A stretch of DNA of 63,285 bases, filler included. It is 4 parts of 4 records of this genome, joined end to end, with 100 filler letters (N's around TTAATTAATTAA, not from the genome) between each part and the next. Parts side by side here need not be neighbours in the genome. Positions count along the whole stretch, not along the records: positions 34,047 to 55,366 come from SRR31156797_15509; positions 55,467 to 63,285 come from SRR31156797_15514; 2 more parts are not named here. One strand, 5' to 3'. The notes under the pieces were generated by a model, which was not told the DNA's origin, searched no databases, and saw only the letters and a list, made by a program, of their open reading frames with translations. Below are positions 48,924 to 59,999 of the stretch, piece after piece. The position numbers and the translations under genes were made by a program. Numbering within the stretch: the stretch's first letter is position 1; the number at the start of each line of letters is the position of its first letter.

Positions 48924-50876
48924 TTGTTTAGAGTAGATCAAATACGAACAAAGATCAGTATTATACTTATTATAATGCTTCTTTTAACCACTGCTATCAC
49001 CTATGTAAATTATTATTTACAAAAAAGAAACTATAATGAATTTATAGACTATTCGGTAAAAAATGCTGTTGAAACTGTTAAAATGCAAGTGAATAATGCA
49101 GAAGAGATAAGTTATGATCTTATTCATAACAAATACCAAACTTTTGAAACTATCCATAAAAAAACTATAAAGCTACTTCAAAACAATAACAACTTAACCC
49201 TAGAGGAGTTAAAAAAAAGTATTGAAAATGAATTTAAAGAATCCTCTTTATTTGTTGAGCTTTATTTGATCAATTCAAACTATATCATTTATGACACAAC
49301 CTATCCAAAAGATCTCAATCTTAATATGTCAAACTTCTTAGGAGCACGAGAATATTTAGATGAAGCACTCACAAGTGATAAAGTTATTATCTCACAAAAT
49401 GCCTCGTATGATATTTTAAATAAAGAGTATAAAGTATATAGCTATGCCACTTTGGACAAAGCAAATAAAATTATCCTAGAGATTGGTTTTTTTGATAAGA
49501 TTTTTAGTCAGATAAAAAATAAAATGTATAAATTAAGTTTTCAAAGCCCTATTATTAATGATATAGAACTCTACTCAAATTATGGGAAATATATTATCAA
49601 TCTTACCAACTATGAAAAGATAACAGATATTGATAAACAAGAATTCTTAGAAAATAATATAAACTCAAAAAATGAAACTATTCTCGCTATTAAACAAGTC
49701 TCAAAAAATAAACAAAACTATTCTTATACCATTCAAGAAGATAATAAAGAGTTTATAGTTTTTTATACCCATGTTCTTGATATGAAGATCTCTCAAAATA
49801 AAGTTAAAAACTATATATTAAAAACAAAACTTGATATAACAAAGTTTAAAAACAAACTACACGATCTAGAATATTTTTTCTACTTTACACTTCTTGCTTC
49901 AATTTTTTTTATTCTTATATTTTTTATTTTTTTAAATAGTTCTTTCATAAAACCTTTTCGCTCAATCCTACGCCATATGCAATCATGGAAAAAAATAGAA
50001 AATAAAAAACTTCTTTTAGGTAATAATGAATTATCTCAATTAGCAAGAGTATTTAATAAAACCTATGAAAAACAGATTGAGCTAAATAATATGCTACAAG
50101 ATAAAATTGAACTAGCAGTTGAAGAGAATAAAAAGAAACTAGAACTTTTACAAAAACAATCAAAGTTGGTACAAATGGGTGAGATCCTAGCTATGATCTC
50201 TCACCAATGGAGACAGCCCTTAGGCTCTATTGGAAGTGCTATTATGACACTACAGATTCAACTAAAAAGTAAACGAGTAAACTTTGATGATGAAAATAGT
50301 CGAAATGAATATTTTCAATATATCAATGAAAAATATACAACTATAAATGAATATGTACAATTTTTATCTACAACTATAGATGATTTTAAAAACTTTTATA
50401 AACCAGATACGGAAAAAGAATTGATACATATCACACTTCCTATACAAAAAGCTCTACAAATACTAGAGCTTTCTATGAAAAAAAATAAAATACAGATCGT
50501 CTCTCATTATCAGAGTGAAGAGAAGGTTTTCATATATAAAAATGAATTGATTCAAGTGATCCTTAATATTTTAAAAAATGCAGAAGACAATTTTTTAGAA
50601 AAGAAAATTAAAGATGCTTCAATCAAGATCGAAACAAAAGTTGATAATGGTTTTGTTATCATCTCTATTACTGATAATGGCGGGGGAATACCTGATGAGA
50701 TCCTTTATAATATCTTTGATCCATACTTCTCAACAAAAATACAAAGAAACGGTACTGGTCTAGGACTATATATGTCAAAAGTGATCATTGAAGAACACCA
50801 TCACGGCACCTTAAAAGTAGAAAATAAAAACAATGGTGCTTGTTTTACTATTATTTTAAAAAACCCTACGCTTTAA
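48924..50876 (+). CDS. Sensor histidine kinase
   Basis: Two TM helices, MGEILAMISHQWRQPL, NILKNA, DNGGGI, GTGLGLY. Confidence 0.93.
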   Translation: MFRVDQIRTKISIILIIMLLLTTAITYVNYYLQKRNYNEFIDYSVKNAVETVKMQVNNAEEISYDLIHNKYQTFETIHKKTIKLLQNNNNLTLEELKKSIENEFKESSLFVELYLINSNYIIYDTTYPKDLNLNMSNFLGAREYLDEALTSDKVIISQNASYDILNKEYKVYSYATLDKANKIILEIGFFDKIFSQIKNKMYKLSFQSPIINDIELYSNYGKYIINLTNYEKITDIDKQEFLENNINSKNETILAIKQVSKNKQNYSYTIQEDNKEFIVFYTHVLDMKISQNKVKNYILKTKLDITKFKNKLHDLEYFFYFTLLASIFFILIFFIFLNSSFIKPFRSILRHMQSWKKIENKKLLLGNNELSQLARVFNKTYEKQIELNNMLQDKIELAVEENKKKLELLQKQSKLVQMGEILAMISHQWRQPLGSIGSAIMTLQIQLKSKRVNFDDENSRNEYFQYINEKYTTINEYVQFLSTTIDDFKNFYKPDTEKELIHITLPIQKALQILELSMKKNKIQIVSHYQSEEKVFIYKNELIQVILNILKNAEDNFLEKKIKDASIKIETKVDNGFVIISITDNGGGIPDEILYNIFDPYFSTKIQRNGTGLGLYMSKVIIEEHHHGTLKVENKNNGACFTIILKNPTL

Positions 50877-50889
50877 TCAAATACAATCT

Positions 50890-50909
50890 TTTGTGCAAGA
50901 TTTGTGCAA
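50890..50909 (+). promoter_or_regulatory. 11-bp-period direct repeat, putative OmpR-type binding site
   Basis: TTTGTGCAA at 50890 and 50901, upstream of the Tat nucleotidase gene. Confidence 0.6.
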
Positions 50910-50955
50910 TACTCTTTGTATATAGTTTTCTTGAATTTAATTTTAGGAGATAAAA

Positions 50956-52947
50956 ATGCAAAGACGTGAGTTTATAGGTTTTTCAATCGCAGTGGCAGGT
51001 TCAGCTTTACTATCAGGTTGTGGAAGTAATAGCAGTAGTGGAAGTTCAAGTGAAAACAGTATGGTATTACGTAAAATCCAAGTAAATGATAATAGTGAGA
51101 TAGAAGCTCTTTATAGACTAGAGGGTGATGTTTCACTAAATAGTTTTACAGATATTATTGGTGTGGGGAATGAAGAAACATCACTTATTAACCAAACTCT
51201 TAGTAGTACACAAGAGTATAAATTGCGAATTTATCATATAAATGATATGCATAACCATACAGTTGATCCAAGTAGTTCTAAAGGAGATACAAATAGATTA
51301 GCACAAATTGCAAAAACATATAAAAGTGCTGTTTCAAGTGCAAGTGATAATGAGATTGTTTTACTTGTAACTGCTGGAGATGATCATACTGGAAATGTTC
51401 TTGATGAATTAAGAGGATTTGATGTAGATTCTTTTGTGGTAGATCCTGCATATGAGATGTATTCAAATCTTGGTGTTGGAGTTGCTACTATTGGAAACCA
51501 TGAACTTGATAAAGGTGGTGCTCTTTTAAAACACTCTATTGAAGAGTGTGCTAAAATGCCAATTTTAAGTGCAAATATCTCATCATCACAGTATCTCAAT
51601 GATGATCATTATTCACCTGCTGTTATTGCTGTAAGTAAGGGACTTCGAATAGGATTTATAGGGCTCACAACTCCAAGTGAAACAGCTCAAAAAACAGAAG
51701 AAGACCCAAATAGAGTGGTCACTGATCCACAAGAAGCATTAACAATACTGCTTCCAATAGTTTCTAAATGTAGTGATATTATCGTAGTATTATCTCACTT
51801 AGGCTGGGGTGGAGATGAGGGTCAAGTAAGACATGATTCTGAAGTTGCTGATGTTGATCTTGCACAGATTATTCCAAATTATACTGATAAACCTACTATG
51901 ATCATTGGTGGGCACTCGCATAGTGTTTTAAATGAGAGTGGTTTAGAGACATCAAATATCATCAATAATGTTTTAATCACTCAAGCTGGAGGAAATGGAA
52001 GTCACTATGGTGAAATATATTCAACAGTTACTACAACTAATTCAGCAAATACGATCTCTTATGAAGAAGTGAAACTCCATAAGATTAAGTCACGTGACGA
52101 CAGAGAAAACAAACATGATCCTGAAGTAAATGAAACTAATGCTGATATAGATACTGATTTTAAAGCAAATGTAACTGATCCTATTTTAGCACTGCTTGCA
52201 GGAAAACTTGATGAAGACCTAGCAGCTATTGAATTTAATACAGATATGTCAATAGAATCTACCCTTGCTGATAGATATATAGGGGAAGCAGCTATTGCAA
52301 ACTTTATGAATGATGCTATTGTAACACAAAGTAAACTTTTTGCAGGAAGAGAAGGGGTTGGTGTTGATCTTGCTGCTTTTAATGCTTCAGGTATCTCTTC
52401 AGGTGTTGAAGATAAAGCATATCTTACATTTCAAGATTGGTATAGTGTGATGCCTTATGCAGATGCTATTTATATCACACAAATGACAGGAGCTGATATT
52501 AAAAGTATGATTGAAAGTAATGTAACACGATTACTTCTTCCATCTGAAAATTCAATAAATGGTGGAACATTTAATACTTCAAACTATATCTCATGGGGAT
52601 TCTTACATTTTTCAAAAGCTCTTACTTATGATGTATCAGTTGATGAGAATAATAGAATAGTAACTGCTTCAAATATTAGGATCAATGATACTGATATCGA
52701 GTCTTTATTAACCACAACATTCAATGTAAGTTTTAGCTCATACATAGGATCTGGATTTGAATATTGGAATGGAGAGAGTGTAGGAGCAAGTCATCCAGGA
52801 AACTCTGTTGGGTATGATATCACACAACATGATATGCATGATACTGGTTTAATCTATAGAAACGAAATCATCGCTTATATAAAAGAGCAACAACTTATTG
52901 GTGCAAGTACAGGTGCTATGAAAGATGATAGAATAAACTTTATCTAA
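50956..52947 (+). CDS. Tat-exported lipoprotein metallophosphatase/5'-nucleotidase
   Basis: QRREFI Tat motif, LSGC lipobox, NDMH, GDD, GNHE, SHLG, GGHSH, C-terminal nucleotidase domain (VMPY). Confidence 0.9.
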   Translation: MQRREFIGFSIAVAGSALLSGCGSNSSSGSSSENSMVLRKIQVNDNSEIEALYRLEGDVSLNSFTDIIGVGNEETSLINQTLSSTQEYKLRIYHINDMHNHTVDPSSSKGDTNRLAQIAKTYKSAVSSASDNEIVLLVTAGDDHTGNVLDELRGFDVDSFVVDPAYEMYSNLGVGVATIGNHELDKGGALLKHSIEECAKMPILSANISSSQYLNDDHYSPAVIAVSKGLRIGFIGLTTPSETAQKTEEDPNRVVTDPQEALTILLPIVSKCSDIIVVLSHLGWGGDEGQVRHDSEVADVDLAQIIPNYTDKPTMIIGGHSHSVLNESGLETSNIINNVLITQAGGNGSHYGEIYSTVTTTNSANTISYEEVKLHKIKSRDDRENKHDPEVNETNADIDTDFKANVTDPILALLAGKLDEDLAAIEFNTDMSIESTLADRYIGEAAIANFMNDAIVTQSKLFAGREGVGVDLAAFNASGISSGVEDKAYLTFQDWYSVMPYADAIYITQMTGADIKSMIESNVTRLLLPSENSINGGTFNTSNYISWGFLHFSKALTYDVSVDENNRIVTASNIRINDTDIESLLTTTFNVSFSSYIGSGFEYWNGESVGASHPGNSVGYDITQHDMHDTGLIYRNEIIAYIKEQQLIGASTGAMKDDRINFI

Positions 52948-52959
52948 AACATTTCACTG

Positions 52960-52988
52960 TATTAGGATGAGATATCCTCATCCTAATA
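52960..52988 (+). terminator. Intrinsic terminator
   Basis: ATTAGGATGAG-ATATC-CTCATCCTAAT followed by a T-rich tail. Confidence 0.75.
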
Positions 52989-53121
52989 TTCTTTTCTTAC
53001 CTTATAACATAAATAGAAGCTAAAAAACATACATTTTATTTATAAATATTTTATAAAATTTCGCTCAATTTTATATAAACTAAGATAAAATAAAATAATT
53101 TTTAAATGTAAGGGTAATACT

Positions 53122-55366
53122 TTGATTTCTCATCCATATCGAATTATACTAAGCTTGTTTCTTCTTGCTAATATTCTCTTTGCAAATACTACAAATAAAA
53201 ATATTACCTTACAATTATCATGGTTTGACCAATTCCAATTTGCTGGATATTATATAGCAAAAGAAAAAGGTTTTTATAAAGAGGAAGGTTTAGATGTCAC
53301 TATAAAACCATTTGAATTTGGCTTGGATATTCCAAAAGATGTAGATGAAGGAAAATATGATTTTGCTGTTGGAAGAGAAACCTTAATATTAGAAAAAACA
53401 AATAATAAAAATATTGTTGCTCTATATGCTTTATTTCAAACAAGTCCCTTAGTTTTACTCTCCACAAAAGAATCTGGAATTGCTAAAATCACAGATTTTA
53501 ACGATAAAAAGATTATGACAACAATTGATGATGCTAGTGAAGTATCAATCAAAGCGATGATCACTTCGCAGAAGTTAGAGATTAAAAATTTAAACTTTAT
53601 AAAACACTCCCATAATATTGATGACTTAATAAATAAAAAAACTGATGTGATCTCTGCATACTTATCCAAATCACCTTATTCTTTACAAAAAAGAAACATC
53701 CCTTATAATGTTTTTGCACCAAAAGATTATGGGTTTGATATGTATAGTGATCTACTTTATACAAGTGAAGCTAAAATCATAAATAATCCTGAAGAAGTGA
53801 TAAAATTTAAAAAAGCTTCCTTAAAAGGATGGGAATATGCGTATGCAAATATTGAGGAGGCTGTTGATCTAATCCTACAAAAATATAATCCTCAAAATCT
53901 TATAAAAGAGGAACTGATCTTTGAAGCCAATGAGTTAAAAAAACTCTCTTATTATAATACTGATACCTTAGGAGAGATTGATTTAGCAAAGCTACAAAGG
54001 ATATATGATCTTTATAATGTAATGGGTTTAGTCAATAATCAAATCGATATAGATCAGTTTATTTATCAAATAAACAATACTTCACTCATTTTAACAAAAG
54101 AAGAAAAAAACTATCTCAATAATAAAAAAGAGTTATCAGTGTGTGTTCAGCCAAGTTGGCTTCCTTATGAAGGGATACAAAATGGACAATTTATAGGGAT
54201 AAGTGCTGAGTATCTAGAGATCATATCTGATACATTAAATTTGCCATTAAAAATAATTACTGCACAAACAAATCAAGAAATGATAGGAAAACTCAAACAT
54301 GGACAATGTGATATTAAACCAATAGCCACTAAAGGGACTGGAAAGTTACCTTATAAAGCAACAAGCAGTAATATAGAAGATTATATAGCTTTGGTAACAA
54401 AAAGTGAACAACCTTTTATATCTGATCTTAATAGCTATATTGATAAAAAATTTGTGATATTAAAAAATAGAACAAGATTTGAAAAACAGATCAAAAAACT
54501 TTTTCCTAAAATAGATCTCATACGAGTAGATACATTAGATGAAGCCTTTCAATTAGTTTTAGATGGAAAAGCGTTTGGATTATTTGGTAAAACAAAGTCA
54601 ATGGCTTATCATATTTATCAATATTATCCCTCAAAATTAAAAATCATCAATGAGTTTGAAAAAGTCTCTACAGGTATTGGTGTGATCAACAGTGACCCAA
54701 TACTTTATTCAATTATAGAAAAAGCATTATTAGCTATAGATGAAAAAGAAAAAATAAAAATTAGAAATAATTGGGATATCACAACAATAGAGATACAACC
54801 TGATTATACACTTTTTTGGTATCTACTCATGGTACTATTTCTTGTTTTAGTAGCTTTTGCATATAGACAATATTTATTAAAAAAATCAAATGATAAACTT
54901 GAAGAGGAAAAAACGAGATTTGAAATACAAAAAAACTTTTTAGATACTTTAGTCCAGACTTTACCAATACCGCTATTTAGTAAAGATAAAGATGGAAAGT
55001 ATCTGATGGTAAATCGTAAATTCTCTGAATTTATTGGTTATTCTCAAGAAGAGATTATAGGTAAAAGTGTTTTTGAGGTATCTTCTCAAGAGTATGCTGA
55101 TATATATCATGAGCATGATCTAAAAGTATTAAACCTAGAAGAAAACCCTCAAATATACGAATCGAAAGTGAAAAATAAAAATACTCATGAAGTGTATGAT
55201 GTTATTTTTTATAAATCAGCTTTTTTTGATAAAAATAATAATGTAAATGGATTAATTGGAACGGTAATAGACCTTACACCACAAAAAAAACTCGAAAGAG
55301 AAAGGTTAGAACAAGAACATTTATTACAAGAACAATCAAAATTAGCATCTATGGGAGAGATGATAG
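53122..55366 (+). CDS. NMT1/THI5 + PBP + PAS sensor histidine kinase, truncated by contig end
   Basis: LQLSWFDQFQFAGYY, SLKGWEYA, second PBP domain (WLPYE), TM, PAS, QSKLASMGEMI at the break. Confidence 0.88.
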
Positions 55367-55466
55367 NNNNNNNNNNNNNNNNNNNNNNNNNNNNNNNNNN
55401 NNNNNNNNNNTTAATTAATTAANNNNNNNNNNNNNNNNNNNNNNNNNNNNNNNNNNNNNNNNNNNN
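55367..55466. other. Artificial contig spacer
   Basis: N44-TTAATTAATTAA-N44. Confidence 0.98.
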
Positions 55467-55811
55467 AAAGATGGTAAATTCTGGGAAGTATTATCAAACT
55501 ATACAAAAATTAACTATGCATATCCTTTACAAGCAGTTTCAATTAACTTAGATTACTGGAACTCTTTAGATAAAGCACAACAAGATGCTATGTTAAAAGC
55601 AGCAAAAGAGATTGAAAAAGCTCAATGGGAAGCTGCAAAAGAAGAAGATAGAGTTGCTTTAGAGATGCTTACTAAGAATGGAATGACTGTAAGTGAAGCA
55701 ACACCTGAATTAAAAGCTCAATTAGACAAAATTGCTAATGAGTTATTAGAAGACTATTTAGATGGTGCAAATTCTCAAATTAAAGCAATTTTTGAAGAAT
55801 ATAGAAAGTAG
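55467..55811 (+). CDS. dctP: TRAP substrate-binding protein DctP, C-terminal fragment
   Basis: Frame open from the contig start: KDGKFWEVL...INLDYWNSLDKAQQDAM...KNGMTV; followed by dctQM. Confidence 0.85.
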   Translation, partial: KDGKFWEVLSNYTKINYAYPLQAVSINLDYWNSLDKAQQDAMLKAAKEIEKAQWEAAKEEDRVALEMLTKNGMTVSEATPELKAQLDKIANELLEDYLDGANSQIKAIFEEYRK

Positions 55812-55820
55812 TTAGAACTT

Positions 55821-56303
55821 ATGAATTTTATTTCTAACTTTATAGATAAGCTTACCAAAATGGGAGCTTATCTGTCAGCATTTATCTTAGTAGCATTGGT
55901 TTCTTTGATTCTTATTGAAATCTTTATTAGAGCATTTTTTGATATGTCTACAATGATTGCAGATGAGTATAGTGGATATTTTTATTTAGCATCTATATTC
56001 TTTGGATTAGCATATACTTTTTCAAGTGATTCGCATATAAGAATTAACATAATTACTTCAAGGTTATCAAAAAAGACTAATAACAAGATTGATATTCTTG
56101 CAGCAGTTATTACATTAGCTGTATTAGCTTTTGCTCTTTATAGAACAATTCTATTTACTTATGATTCATATGAATTAGAGATGTTATCAGAAAATGTTTC
56201 TGAAACACCACTATATTTAACACAACTTGCAATGCCTATTGGAATTACAATGTTCATGTTAGCTGTAGTATTATTTATTTTCAAAGGATTTACAAATGAT
56301 TAG
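55821..56303 (+). CDS. dctQ: TRAP small permease
   Basis: Four TM helices, DEYSGY, HIRINI. Confidence 0.9.
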   Translation: MNFISNFIDKLTKMGAYLSAFILVALVSLILIEIFIRAFFDMSTMIADEYSGYFYLASIFFGLAYTFSSDSHIRINIITSRLSKKTNNKIDILAAVITLAVLAFALYRTILFTYDSYELEMLSENVSETPLYLTQLAMPIGITMFMLAVVLFIFKGFTND

Positions 56304-57630
56304 TGATCCTTTAGTATTATCAGTTATTTTAATTGCCGTAATGTTTGTATTTTTATTATCATCATTATGGATTGGTGTTTCGTTAATGTTAACAGGTATT
56401 ATTGGTATGTTACTGTTTGATCACAACTTACCTCCTGTGATTTCTGTTTATGACAAAATTGGAGATTTATTAGCATCTTCACTTTATGATGCATTAAACT
56501 CTTGGTCACTTGCAGCTTTACCAATGTTTATTTTAATGGGTGAGATTTTATATAAATCATCTATTTCAACTAGATTGTTAAATGGTTTAAAACCTTGGCT
56601 TGCATTTATTCCAGGTGGATTACTTCATGTTAATGTTGCTGCATGTTCTTTATTTGCTGCTGTTTCTGGTTCGTCTGCTGCCACAACTGCCACTGTTGGT
56701 AAGATTACACTAGAAGAGTTAAAAAATAGAGGATACTCTAAAATGTTAGCTATGGGTTCTTTAGCTGGTTCTGGTACATTAGGATATTTAATTCCTCCAT
56801 CATTAATTATGATTATTTATGGTGTATTATCTGATGTATCTATTGGTAAGTTATTTGTTGCTGGACTTATTCCTGGTCTTTTACTTGCGTCTTTATATTC
56901 CTTTTATATCATGTATAGAGCCAAAGTTGATCCAAGCATTTTACCAAAAGAAAAAGAAGTATTTACAACTAAAGATAGACTAAATTCATTTAAAGATTTA
57001 GCACCAATTTTCTCACTTATTGGACTTGTTTTAGGTTCTATTTATGGTGGATTTGCCACTCCAACTGAAGCTGCCGCTCTTGGGGTATTAGGAAGTTTAA
57101 TCTTAGCTTTCTATTTTAAATCTATCTCAATAGAGATTCTAAAAAATGCACTTTTAAACTCTGTTAAAACATCTGTTATGATTGGGTTTATTATTGCTGG
57201 TGCTGTTTTCCTTTCTCAAGTAATAGGATTCTTAGGAATTGCAAGAGCTATGAGTGAGTTTATTGCAGGTCTTGGACTTTCTCCAATGATGCTGATTTTA
57301 TTAATTGGTGTTATGTATATTATTTTAGGAATGATTTTAGAAGCTATTTCTATTGTAGTTATGACTTTACCAATTGTTTTACCAATTATCATTTTAGCTG
57401 GATTTGATCCACTATGGTTTGGTATTTTCTTAGTATTCATGGTTGAAATGGCACAAATTACGCCACCAGTTGGATTCTCACTATTTGTGATTCAAGGAAT
57501 TAGTAATGAAAAGATACAGACAATTTTAAAAGCAACATTCCCATTCTTTATCCTTATGATTGTTACTGTTGTTTTAATTACTGTATTCCCAGAAATAGTG
57601 TTCTTCTTACCAGACCAAATGATTAAATAA
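56296..57630 (+). CDS. dctM: TRAP large permease
   Basis: ALPMFILMGE, SGSSAAT, GTLGYLIPPS, TPTEAA, ITPPVG. Confidence 0.95.
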   Translation: MISDPLVLSVILIAVMFVFLLSSLWIGVSLMLTGIIGMLLFDHNLPPVISVYDKIGDLLASSLYDALNSWSLAALPMFILMGEILYKSSISTRLLNGLKPWLAFIPGGLLHVNVAACSLFAAVSGSSAATTATVGKITLEELKNRGYSKMLAMGSLAGSGTLGYLIPPSLIMIIYGVLSDVSIGKLFVAGLIPGLLLASLYSFYIMYRAKVDPSILPKEKEVFTTKDRLNSFKDLAPIFSLIGLVLGSIYGGFATPTEAAALGVLGSLILAFYFKSISIEILKNALLNSVKTSVMIGFIIAGAVFLSQVIGFLGIARAMSEFIAGLGLSPMMLILLIGVMYIILGMILEAISIVVMTLPIVLPIIILAGFDPLWFGIFLVFMVEMAQITPPVGFSLFVIQGISNEKIQTILKATFPFFILMIVTVVLITVFPEIVFFLPDQMIK

Positions 57631-57672
57631 TATTTTTGGTAAAATAAGGTTATCTAAATGGAAGGTAATGAA

Positions 57673-58407
57673 ATGAATATTCGATTAAATTGTGACATGG
57701 GTGAGAGCTTTGGTATTTGGAAGATGGGAGCAGATGAAGAGATTATGCCGTACATTAGTATGGCAAATCTTGCTTGTGGATTCCATTCAAGTGATCCTTT
57801 AACAATGAATCGTTCAGTTGAACTTGCAAAAAGACATAATGTAACTATTGGTGCACATCCTTCATACCAAGACCTTGTTGGTTTTGGTAGAAGATCAATC
57901 CAATGTACACTTGAAGAGATTAAATCAAAAGTTTTATATCAATTAGGTGCTTTAAGTGCTTTTTGTAAGTCTCATGGAACAACTGTATCTTATGTAAAAC
58001 CACATGGAGCTTTATATAATGATATGATGAGAGATGAAAATATTTTCAAAGCAATTTTAAGTGCAATCTCTTCATATGATAAAAATGTAAGGTTAATGAT
58101 TTTATCAAACCCGAATAATGAAGCTTATGCTTACACTGCAAAAATGTATGGAATAGATTTAATCTATGAAGTATTTGCAGATAGAAACTATAATGACGAT
58201 GGAAGTTTAGTTTCAAGAATAAAACCAAATGCCGTAATTCACGATGAATTATTAGTATTAGAGAGAATTCAAAATCTAAAAGATAGAGGATTCTTAGAGA
58301 GTGTAAATGGTCAAAGACTATTTCTAAAAGCTGATACTGTATGTGTTCATGGTGATGGTGAAAATGCCCTTGCCTTTATACAGGCTTTACAAAAAGTAGT
58401 GAGTTAG
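57673..58407 (+). CDS. pxpA: 5-oxoprolinase subunit A (LamB/YcsF)
   Basis: LNCDMGESFG, ANLACGFH, GAHPSY, KPHGALYN, CVHGD. Confidence 0.95.
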   Translation: MNIRLNCDMGESFGIWKMGADEEIMPYISMANLACGFHSSDPLTMNRSVELAKRHNVTIGAHPSYQDLVGFGRRSIQCTLEEIKSKVLYQLGALSAFCKSHGTTVSYVKPHGALYNDMMRDENIFKAILSAISSYDKNVRLMILSNPNNEAYAYTAKMYGIDLIYEVFADRNYNDDGSLVSRIKPNAVIHDELLVLERIQNLKDRGFLESVNGQRLFLKADTVCVHGDGENALAFIQALQKVVS

Positions 58408-59085
58408 ATGGAAATAAAAGTAGCCTCTGTTGATTCTGTAATTATCTATTTTGACAAGAGTATTTCAAAAGAGATCTCTAATAAAGTAAAAGCTTCATAT
58501 GCCCATTTAAAATCTTTAAAAAATGAAGCTTTTATTGACATAATCCCGTCTTATAGCTCAATTCTAATTTCATACCAATTATTAAAATATGATTTTGAAT
58601 CAATTAAATCATATTTAGAAGAAGAGCTAAAAAATATAAAAGTAGATGAAGAATCAAACTCAAAACTCGTAGAAATTGATGTATATTATGGTGAAGATGT
58701 AGGTTTAGACTTACAAAGGGTTGCTACAATAAATAATATAACTTGTGAAGAGGTAATAAGTCTGCACTCTTCTAAAGTTTATGATGTTTATACAATTGGT
58801 TTTTTACCTGGTTTTGCATATTTAGGTGTAGTTGATGAAAAAATTGCAACTAAAAGATTAGAAACTCCAAGAAAGAAAATCCCAAAGGGAAGTGTTTCCC
58901 TTGCTGATACTCAAACTGCTGTTTATCCAAAAGATAGCCCAGGTGGTTGGAATATTATTGGAAAAACTGCTTTTGAGTTTTTTGATAAAAATTTAGAACA
59001 GTTATCGCAAATAGATATTAATACAAAAATAAAATTTAATCCCATTACAAAAGAAGAATTTTTAAAACAAGGTGGAACTCTATGA
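58408..59085 (+). CDS. pxpB: 5-oxoprolinase subunit B
   Basis: IPSY, GFLPGFAYLG, PRKKIPKGSV, SPGGWNIIG. Confidence 0.94.
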   Translation: MEIKVASVDSVIIYFDKSISKEISNKVKASYAHLKSLKNEAFIDIIPSYSSILISYQLLKYDFESIKSYLEEELKNIKVDEESNSKLVEIDVYYGEDVGLDLQRVATINNITCEEVISLHSSKVYDVYTIGFLPGFAYLGVVDEKIATKRLETPRKKIPKGSVSLADTQTAVYPKDSPGGWNIIGKTAFEFFDKNLEQLSQIDINTKIKFNPITKEEFLKQGGTL

Positions 59086-59999
59086 GAGGCTTTGAATTAG
59101 TAAAAGCTGGAATTTATACAACTATTCAAGATAAAGGAAGATTCTCTTTCATGCATCTTGGTGTTACAAATTCAGGGTTTATGGATGAGTATTCTGCCAA
59201 TGCTTGTAATAAACTTTTAGATAATAACCTTGAAACAAATCTTCTTGAAATCCTTTTTGCTGGTGTAGTTATAAAATCTCATCAGAATACAACTATTGCA
59301 ATAACTGGAGCTAAATGTGATTTCTATATCAACGGTGTTTTAAAAAACTGTTGGGAAACTCATAAAGTAAGAGTAGGGGATGAACTTAAAATAGGTAAAT
59401 TTCACGAAGGTCAAAGAGTTTACTTAGGTGTAAAAAATGGCTTTAATATTGAAAAAGAGTTTGGAAGTAATGCTACATCTATGAAAGAAGGCTTTGGTGG
59501 TCTTGATGGAAGTAAACTTAAAAATAATGATATCTTAGCTTTTGACGAAAATTCATCTTTTGTAAAAAGAAGATGGAAAGAGAAATTTATTCCTAAATAT
59601 GAAAAAGAGTTAACTTTAAGAGTACTTCTTTCTTACCAATGTGATGACTTTGAAAAAGAGCAAGTAGAAAAGTTCTTTTCAAGTGTTTATACTATTACCC
59701 CTGATTTTAACTCTATGGCTTGTAAACTTGATGGAGAGCCTATTGAGTGTACTATTTCAAATCTAGTTTCAGAAGCAATTGCTTTTGGAAGTATTCAAAT
59801 CCCTAAAGATGGTAAACCAATAGTTCTTTTAAAAGAGAGACAAACAATAGGTGGATATCCAAAGATAGGAACAGTTTTAAATATAGATTGTTTTAAATTA
59901 GCTCAGATGAAACCTGGAAGTAAAATAAGATTTGAAAAAATCGAAGTTAAAGAAGCAAGAGAAAAAGTTGTAGACTTTTTAGAGGCTTTCTCTTTTTAA
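59082..59999 (+). CDS. pxpC: 5-oxoprolinase subunit C
   Basis: TIQDKGR, SGFMD, GSIQIP.DG.PIVLL.ERQTIGGYPKIG. Confidence 0.93.
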   Translation: MRGFELVKAGIYTTIQDKGRFSFMHLGVTNSGFMDEYSANACNKLLDNNLETNLLEILFAGVVIKSHQNTTIAITGAKCDFYINGVLKNCWETHKVRVGDELKIGKFHEGQRVYLGVKNGFNIEKEFGSNATSMKEGFGGLDGSKLKNNDILAFDENSSFVKRRWKEKFIPKYEKELTLRVLLSYQCDDFEKEQVEKFFSSVYTITPDFNSMACKLDGEPIECTISNLVSEAIAFGSIQIPKDGKPIVLLKERQTIGGYPKIGTVLNIDCFKLAQMKPGSKIRFEKIEVKEAREKVVDFLEAFSF

